Assembly: GCA_038040485.1 (NCBI GenBank)
Contig: JBBPIE010000021.1
Span: forward strand, 35,950 to 99,949
Source: Candidatus Onstottus arcticum
GTDB taxonomy: Bacteria > Acidobacteriota > Blastocatellia > UBA7656
Direction: 5' to 3'
Length of the DNA: 64,000 bases
Shown in pieces: positions 58,989-64,000 of the stretch. The notes below the pieces were generated by a model, which was not told where the DNA came from, did no database searches, and saw nothing but the letters and a program-made list of their open reading frames with translations. The position numbers and the translations under genes are program-made. Every line of letters begins with the position of its first letter. Positions within the stretch are counted from its first letter, which is position 1.

Positions 58989-59238
58989 CCGGACAGATAT
59001 TCGAATCCATCCTATGTCATAGTGCCTGCGCGTCCCGAATGTGTCGGAGTTCCAAGCGGGTAGTACCTTCACCAAGCGCTCTCTGTTATCCGTCCCGGTG
59101 GTAAGTCAGTTTGTGGGCCGAAAGTAGTATCCCAAGGAACTCGCCACTCAATCGTAAATAGAGGTAGAGGTATGCGCCAAAACGTGTGCCCCTCTACTCT
59201 CCGCCGCGCCCTCGAGCGGCGGGAAGGATCAACAACTA

Positions 59239-60543
59239 ATGGCACTACATCAAGACGAATCTGGCGTAATCAAGCTTAACGACCGCGCGACGAAGGCAGA
59301 GGAAGTGTCTCGGAGGAAGTTTATTCACAGCGCGGCGATGGGCGCCGCGGCCATCGGAGCCACGATCGCGCTCAAGGGCAGCGGCGTCCTGGCACAGACC
59401 GGCGAGTCCGGGCAGGTCGAGGTTGATGCGATCATGCTCAGCTACGTTGCATCGCCCTTAGGATCTATCGCGAGCACCACAAACACCTATCAGAAGAGTC
59501 ACGCAACAACCATCAAGCTCACGGCGACGCAAAACACAGCCTTGACGCTCTCGGCGAGCGTGAGCACTTTCGGCAATTTCAGCATAGGGGGCTCGAACAC
59601 ATACCGGCAGACAAACAGCACTTCAGCCACCAATGCAATTACCCTGCGCCGTAGCGTAGTCGAGAGCTTCACCACTCCTGCGCCCGGAGCAATTGGCAAT
59701 ACGGTTTTCGTGGGTTTGCTGAAACCGGAAATGCAAATGGATGGTTTCTCCGGCGGCTTCTCATTTCGATTCCTGAAGGCGGTCGACAAATTTGGCGTTA
59801 AACATAGCGACCTTCAAGCAAATGGCGCGGGTGGTCAGTTCAAGCCGGCCACTGTTACCTCGTTCCTTAGCAAGTACGTTACCGACCCGGCCCTGTTGGT
59901 CGGGCCGCGATTCAAGCTCAAGTCGAGCATCCTGCTCTCCGCGGGCGTCGTCAACACCTTCTCACTAACAAAGGCGACAGGCAGCGGGTTCTCGACGTCT
60001 AAGAGCGCCACCACAAGCGTAGAAATAACCAGGAAGGTGACTGTCGGAGTACCGATGGTGTTTTCCGCGACCTTCGAGGTCGGTTTTCGCATAGAAGTCC
60101 AGCAGACGGCGCTCCAGGAGTTCACCACCGACAAGATTCTCACCTGTGCAACCACCCTCAATCGCTCCTCGCTTGGCGTGAACAAGATTTACTGGGACCG
60201 GGTGTTCAAGACTTTTGTCGTCATCGACTTGGGACCACCCGCTGCGCAGACAAAGGTTCAGGGTGTGGTCCGTGACACCTTCGGAAGCCCAATCGCCAAC
60301 GGTGTCGTGAGTCTACAAGCCGGTACCGTCGAATACATGGCGGTAACTGACTCGAACGGCAACTACTCTATTAAGACCGCGGCTGCCGACACAATTCCCT
60401 CTGGGACTTACCCGCTGGTGGTTGGCAATGACAGCACCAACATCGCAACTGGAAGCGGCAGCGCGTTCTGGGATTTCTGGGATATTGATCCCTGGGCCGC
60501 GCAGAACCACGAAATAAACGGAGAGGCCATCAACCTCAACTGA
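59239..60543 (+). CDS. Tat-signal secreted protein with C-terminal CarbopepD_reg-like domain
   Basis: SRRKFIHSAAMGAAAIGA twin-arginine signal. Ser/Thr-rich beta region. C-terminal VRDTFGSPIANGVVSLQAG...TDSNGNYSI. Confidence 0.5.
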   Translation: MALHQDESGVIKLNDRATKAEEVSRRKFIHSAAMGAAAIGATIALKGSGVLAQTGESGQVEVDAIMLSYVASPLGSIASTTNTYQKSHATTIKLTATQNTALTLSASVSTFGNFSIGGSNTYRQTNSTSATNAITLRRSVVESFTTPAPGAIGNTVFVGLLKPEMQMDGFSGGFSFRFLKAVDKFGVKHSDLQANGAGGQFKPATVTSFLSKYVTDPALLVGPRFKLKSSILLSAGVVNTFSLTKATGSGFSTSKSATTSVEITRKVTVGVPMVFSATFEVGFRIEVQQTALQEFTTDKILTCATTLNRSSLGVNKIYWDRVFKTFVVIDLGPPAAQTKVQGVVRDTFGSPIANGVVSLQAGTVEYMAVTDSNGNYSIKTAAADTIPSGTYPLVVGNDSTNIATGSGSAFWDFWDIDPWAAQNHEINGEAINLN

Positions 60544-60612
60544 GTTTCGGAAGCCGGCAGCGGCGGCATCGTTGATAGTTGCTTCCGCTGCCGGAACCTG
60601 GAGGGCGATAAT

Positions 60613-62052
60613 ATGTTGAAATCGCGAAAACCACGATGTCGGATTTGTCGATTGCCAGACAGGCTCAGCTTCTTTCTAACGGTGATTACAATGATTACAC
60701 TGATCGCGGCCGGCGCAACATCAGATCCCAAACCTGCCGGGCCTGCGCCCTTCCCCACTTTGCGAGCGGAGCACGATATCGCGCCAAGCGGGCTTCGTGT
60801 AATAGCGATGGAATTGGAAGCGGCCCCGGCCGAGATAGGCGGATCGTATGCAGAAATAATCTCGAGCGCGGTCGTCGATTCGGGTGAGGTAGCATTCAGC
60901 GCCAGGCTATCCGGTTCGTTCGTAAGCAATGCGATCTTTCTCGATTCGAATGGCGTCACGAGTGCGATTCTCCGCGCGAATGACGACGCCCCTGGCGGCG
61001 GAAAGTACACTACATTCGGAGATCTTGACATAACAACCGTCCATCCCGGCGGCGGCAACATGAACCTCGTGATGTTCCGCGCTGAGATCGACGGTGGTCC
61101 GGCGCCAGAAGGGATTTTCCTGTGGAGCAGCGAAGGCGTGGAGACTGTTGCGCTTGCGGGGCAGAAGTCGTTGCGAGGCAATACGTACAAATCATTCTCC
61201 TCACTCACTATCGAATCAGTCTCTCCCACTGAGAACCAGTACAAACGGGTGTTCGTAGCGACGATGGAAGACGGCAAGAAATCGGTGATATTCAAGGCAT
61301 CCTACGACGATGTTTTTGAAGCCCTGACAACCGGTGACGTGATTGGTCCGGAGGCCAATGAAGTAGTGGACGACTTCACCGTTTCGCGACTCGGCTATTC
61401 CGCAGCCTGCGTGGTCAGTGTGCACCGAAAGAAGAAAAAGAAAGACCGCTACAACAAGGTGATCACACTCGATGCGTTTCTGGCTGTCGGGGATGCTCTA
61501 AAAGAGGGCGTGCGGTTTCCCGAGCTCGGAAAGGTGAAGCATGTCTTTGGTCCTCCTGCCATGAATTTTCAGCAAGGCTACGCATCGATAGAGTTCAAGA
61601 GCGGCGTGAGCGCGCTTGCGACCAGAGACATCGACGGCGCTTCCGAGATCATCGCGAAATCCGGCGACGTCGTGTCTGATCCCTCCGGGGAGGTAATTCA
61701 TAGCTTTGGACCTCCGATATCGAACAACCTGCATCTGGTCTCGATGGACCAGTTCGGCGAGGTTACAGGCCCGTTTGGCATAGTCTCGCCCGTGCGGTTG
61801 AGCGGCGGCCGGGCCGCGTTGTGGCTGGGTGTCTTTACTAGCAAAGTCCCAAGTCTGGAGGGTGCGAAGCGTTTGTTGCTTATCGGCGGTAGCGCGATCC
61901 TTGACGGACAAGAGGTTACTTTGAGCGCCTTCTCTGCCGTGAAACTCAGGAACAATGGTACTCTATTGGTGCGCGGTACAATCGAAGACGGAAACCACGA
62001 GCGCGTCGCATTGTTCGTGTACGAGGGATTGTTCGGCGATCAATGGCGTTAA
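60613..62052 (+). CDS. hypothetical secreted protein (beta-rich), internal poly-Lys stretch
   Basis: 479 aa. Possible start at 60691 (MITLIAAGATS). HRKKKKKDRYNK. No domain recognised. Confidence 0.4.
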   Translation: MLKSRKPRCRICRLPDRLSFFLTVITMITLIAAGATSDPKPAGPAPFPTLRAEHDIAPSGLRVIAMELEAAPAEIGGSYAEIISSAVVDSGEVAFSARLSGSFVSNAIFLDSNGVTSAILRANDDAPGGGKYTTFGDLDITTVHPGGGNMNLVMFRAEIDGGPAPEGIFLWSSEGVETVALAGQKSLRGNTYKSFSSLTIESVSPTENQYKRVFVATMEDGKKSVIFKASYDDVFEALTTGDVIGPEANEVVDDFTVSRLGYSAACVVSVHRKKKKKDRYNKVITLDAFLAVGDALKEGVRFPELGKVKHVFGPPAMNFQQGYASIEFKSGVSALATRDIDGASEIIAKSGDVVSDPSGEVIHSFGPPISNNLHLVSMDQFGEVTGPFGIVSPVRLSGGRAALWLGVFTSKVPSLEGAKRLLLIGGSAILDGQEVTLSAFSAVKLRNNGTLLVRGTIEDGNHERVALFVYEGLFGDQWR

Positions 62053-62087
62053 CCGAAATTCGCTCAGCCTGAGCAAGGAAGAATCAT

Positions 62088-62546
62088 ATGGTTCATTCGA
62101 AGTCGCTTGTTGGCGCATTGCTTGTTGTCATGGCCGCGTCTATCGCGCTTGCCGGCCAAGAGCCTTTTCAAACACGGAAGGCGGACCTAAGCAAACACTC
62201 GTTCGCAGTCGCCGAACTCAAGCTTACCATCGCAAAGTTTCGTGGCGGCGGCGCCATCGTTTGGCCGTTTCACTCAATTCAGATCAAGGTCGAGAATCGG
62301 TCCGCCACCGCCCAGAGTTTTGACCCGAACAAGCTCTCTTTGGTTAGCAAGGACGGCAAGCAAGTCAGTGTTCGGTTTCGAATACAGGGTTGGTTCTCGA
62401 GTCCCGATGTTCCTCCCGAAACTCCTCAAGCACGAAGCATTGCTCCCGGCGCGTTCATCCAGGAGATCTATCACCTCAACGGCAAAGTGGGCTTCCCGGC
62501 CCGCCTCTTCTACGATGGCAAGGAATTAGCCGTTATCACCGATTGA
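62088..62546 (+). CDS. secreted hypothetical protein (DUF4352-like fold suspected)
   Basis: Signal peptide MVHSKSLVGALLVVMAASIALAGQ. 152 aa. Confidence 0.45.
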   Translation: MVHSKSLVGALLVVMAASIALAGQEPFQTRKADLSKHSFAVAELKLTIAKFRGGGAIVWPFHSIQIKVENRSATAQSFDPNKLSLVSKDGKQVSVRFRIQGWFSSPDVPPETPQARSIAPGAFIQEIYHLNGKVGFPARLFYDGKELAVITD

Positions 62547-62749
62547 GAACGGGATAGCTTTCCAAGTTCGGAGTGGTTACGCGCTAACCCCTTTGTTCCC
62601 CAAGCTCGCTGTTTGCCTTTCAGGCAGACATCCGATCTGGTCGCCGCGGCAGGCAAATTACCCCGATGCTTTCAGATAAACTTCGCCTGGTTCCAGTCTT
62701 GGCAATCGACCGCCGAAGACAATTGCGTTCCGTTGCGCTTCCGCCTCTC

Positions 62750-62807
62750 GATTGCAAATCCACGGACTTTATTAGAGAATAACGCCGCCTCGAAGCTCGC
62801 ACTTCAA
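62750..62807 (+). promoter_or_regulatory. conserved ~55-nt upstream element (copy 2)
   Basis: See copy 1. Lies 20 nt upstream of the enoyl-CoA hydratase start. Confidence 0.55.
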
Positions 62808-62826
62808 ACAAACAAGGGGATCAGCA

Positions 62827-63618
62827 ATGGCAGCATGGAGTGACAAGCTATTAGTCTCGCTCGAAGACGGCATCAAGCGAATCACCTTCAATCGACCCGA
62901 CCGCCGCAACTCGGTGGACACCGACACGGTCGAGCTGCTTCACGAAGAAATCGACCGGTCGAACCGAGATGAAACGAAGGTCATCATCCTGACCGGCGCC
63001 GGCGACGCGTTTTGCGCGGGTGCGGATCTTCAAGCTACCAACGAACACGACATTCGAAAACTCGACGTGACCGCGTCGCTTCGCACGCACACCAATCCAA
63101 CGATACTTGCGATGCGCAATCTGCCGAAGCCCATCATCGCGCGAGTTCACGGTCCCGCGGTCGGTGTAGGTTGCAACTACGCGCTGGCCTCGGACGTCAT
63201 CGTTGCGACCGAGCAGGCCCGGTTCGGTCAGGTCTTCGTCAAGATCGGCTTGATGCCTGACGGCGGCTCAACTTACTTTTTGCCGCGAATAGTCGGCTAC
63301 GCGAAAGCCTTCGAGTTGATGACGACAGGCGACATCATCAGCGCGCCCGAAGCGCTGGCCCTCGGACTGGTTAATCGCGTAGTTCCGTTTGAGGAGCTGG
63401 ACACGACAGTCAACGCGATTGCCGCTAGGCTTGCAGCCGCGCCTTCGATTGCAATCGCCAGGATCAAGCAGGGGCTCAATCACGCGGAGACTTCGGACCT
63501 GGCGAGTGCGCTCGAATTCGAAGCGGTGAATCAAGGCGACTGTTTTCGTTCGGCGGACTTCGTGGAAGGCGTCAAGGCGTTTATCGAGAAACGGCATCCT
63601 AGTTTTCAGGGGAAGTGA
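62827..63618 (+). CDS. enoyl-CoA hydratase/isomerase family protein
   Basis: ITFNRPDRRNSVD. ARVHGPAVGVGCNYALASD. Confidence 0.85.
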   Translation: MAAWSDKLLVSLEDGIKRITFNRPDRRNSVDTDTVELLHEEIDRSNRDETKVIILTGAGDAFCAGADLQATNEHDIRKLDVTASLRTHTNPTILAMRNLPKPIIARVHGPAVGVGCNYALASDVIVATEQARFGQVFVKIGLMPDGGSTYFLPRIVGYAKAFELMTTGDIISAPEALALGLVNRVVPFEELDTTVNAIAARLAAAPSIAIARIKQGLNHAETSDLASALEFEAVNQGDCFRSADFVEGVKAFIEKRHPSFQGK

Positions 63619-63793
63619 GCGAAGGCGGCGCCCGCGGGGTCATGAGCCTTACCGCTGCCACGAATCGCATTCAGCAACGTTTGCTTCAATTCTCCCGGCG
63701 CAGTTCTGTGTCTGTAGCCTCCAGGCAGGCCACAGCCGGCAGAAGTCAGTGGACTCCTACTCTACCCCGACTCGTTTCGCAAAAGGTGAGTGA

Positions 63794-64000
63794 ATGACAA
63801 GCAAGACCAAAGCAGGCTACGCGCTGTGGGTTCTGTTCGGTATCAACATGATGAACTTCTTCGATCGGCAGATTCTGGCAGCGGTCACCGAGCCGATTCG
63901 CATGGAGTGGCACCTGAATGACACTGCGCTGGGCTGGCTCAACACGGCATTCGTGCTGCTGTATGCGGCGGTGGGTGTGCCCCTGGGCCGGCTTTCTGAT
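63794..64000 (+). CDS. MFS transporter (N-terminal fragment; continues beyond window)
   Basis: YALWVLFGINMMNFFDRQILAAVTEPI followed by the GxLaDr-like motif VGVPLGRLSD. Confidence 0.65.
   Translation, partial: MTSKTKAGYALWVLFGINMMNFFDRQILAAVTEPIRMEWHLNDTALGWLNTAFVLLYAAVGVPLGRLSD

Noticed and set aside
60408-61295. 295-aa minus-strand ORF spanning two plus-strand genes and their intergenic gap
   Set aside because: Overlaps two better-supported secreted-protein genes. Ser/Pro-rich low-complexity translation.

Overview
High-GC (about 60%) bacterial chromosomal segment, likely Acidobacteria-like judging by the gene content (HME-RND efflux, abundant secreted and TPR proteins, REP-like palindromes). 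Lower-GC islets are interspersed. Coding content, 5' to 3': a truncated M28 peptidase; a D-aminoacylase-type amidohydrolase; enoyl-CoA hydratase; a HAD phosphatase; a split AtuA-like pair (DUF1446 + DUF4387); a CDGSH Fe-S protein; an APC amino-acid permease; a roughly 2.3 kb low-GC insertion flanked by a degenerate duplicate of the 3' end of the neighbouring ABC ATPase gene; a long minus-strand metal-handling locus (ABC ATPase, FtsX permease, DUF2318 protein, then an RND adaptor, TolC-like OMF, HME-RND pump, FixH/YtkA-like Cu-binding lipoprotein and a small Cys-rich protein); an MtaD-like amidohydrolase; a CreD-like membrane protein; UbiX; a tandem CarbopepD_reg protein; UbiA; a glycosylation cluster (two GT39-like membrane transferases, AsnB, an NAD epimerase, a GT2 polyprenyl-phosphate transferase, a GT26 TagA-like transferase) interrupted by a 1.2 kb low-GC cassette bounded by 24-bp inverted repeats; a secreted protein; a TPR-CHAT lipoprotein with a downstream unknown protein; an alkaline-phosphatase-superfamily metalloenzyme; a four-helix-bundle (IVS-type) protein; an EF-G paralog; an unknown two-gene module; a DHFR-family protein; a Tat-secreted cupin; RNase PH; tmRNA (ssrA, recognised from its tRNA-like ends and an ANSDLALAA tag ORF); DUF4129-like and polytopic membrane proteins; a low-GC islet with an orphan Phd/YefM antitoxin, an R-x4-H (HEPN-like) protein and an overlapping small-protein pair; a penicillin acylase; a Crp/Fnr regulator; three secreted hypotheticals; a second enoyl-CoA hydratase; and a partial MFS transporter. 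No CRISPR array, rRNA, canonical tRNA or recognisable transposase/integrase was found. Three families of intergenic palindromic repeats are dense, together with several long perfect palindromes.
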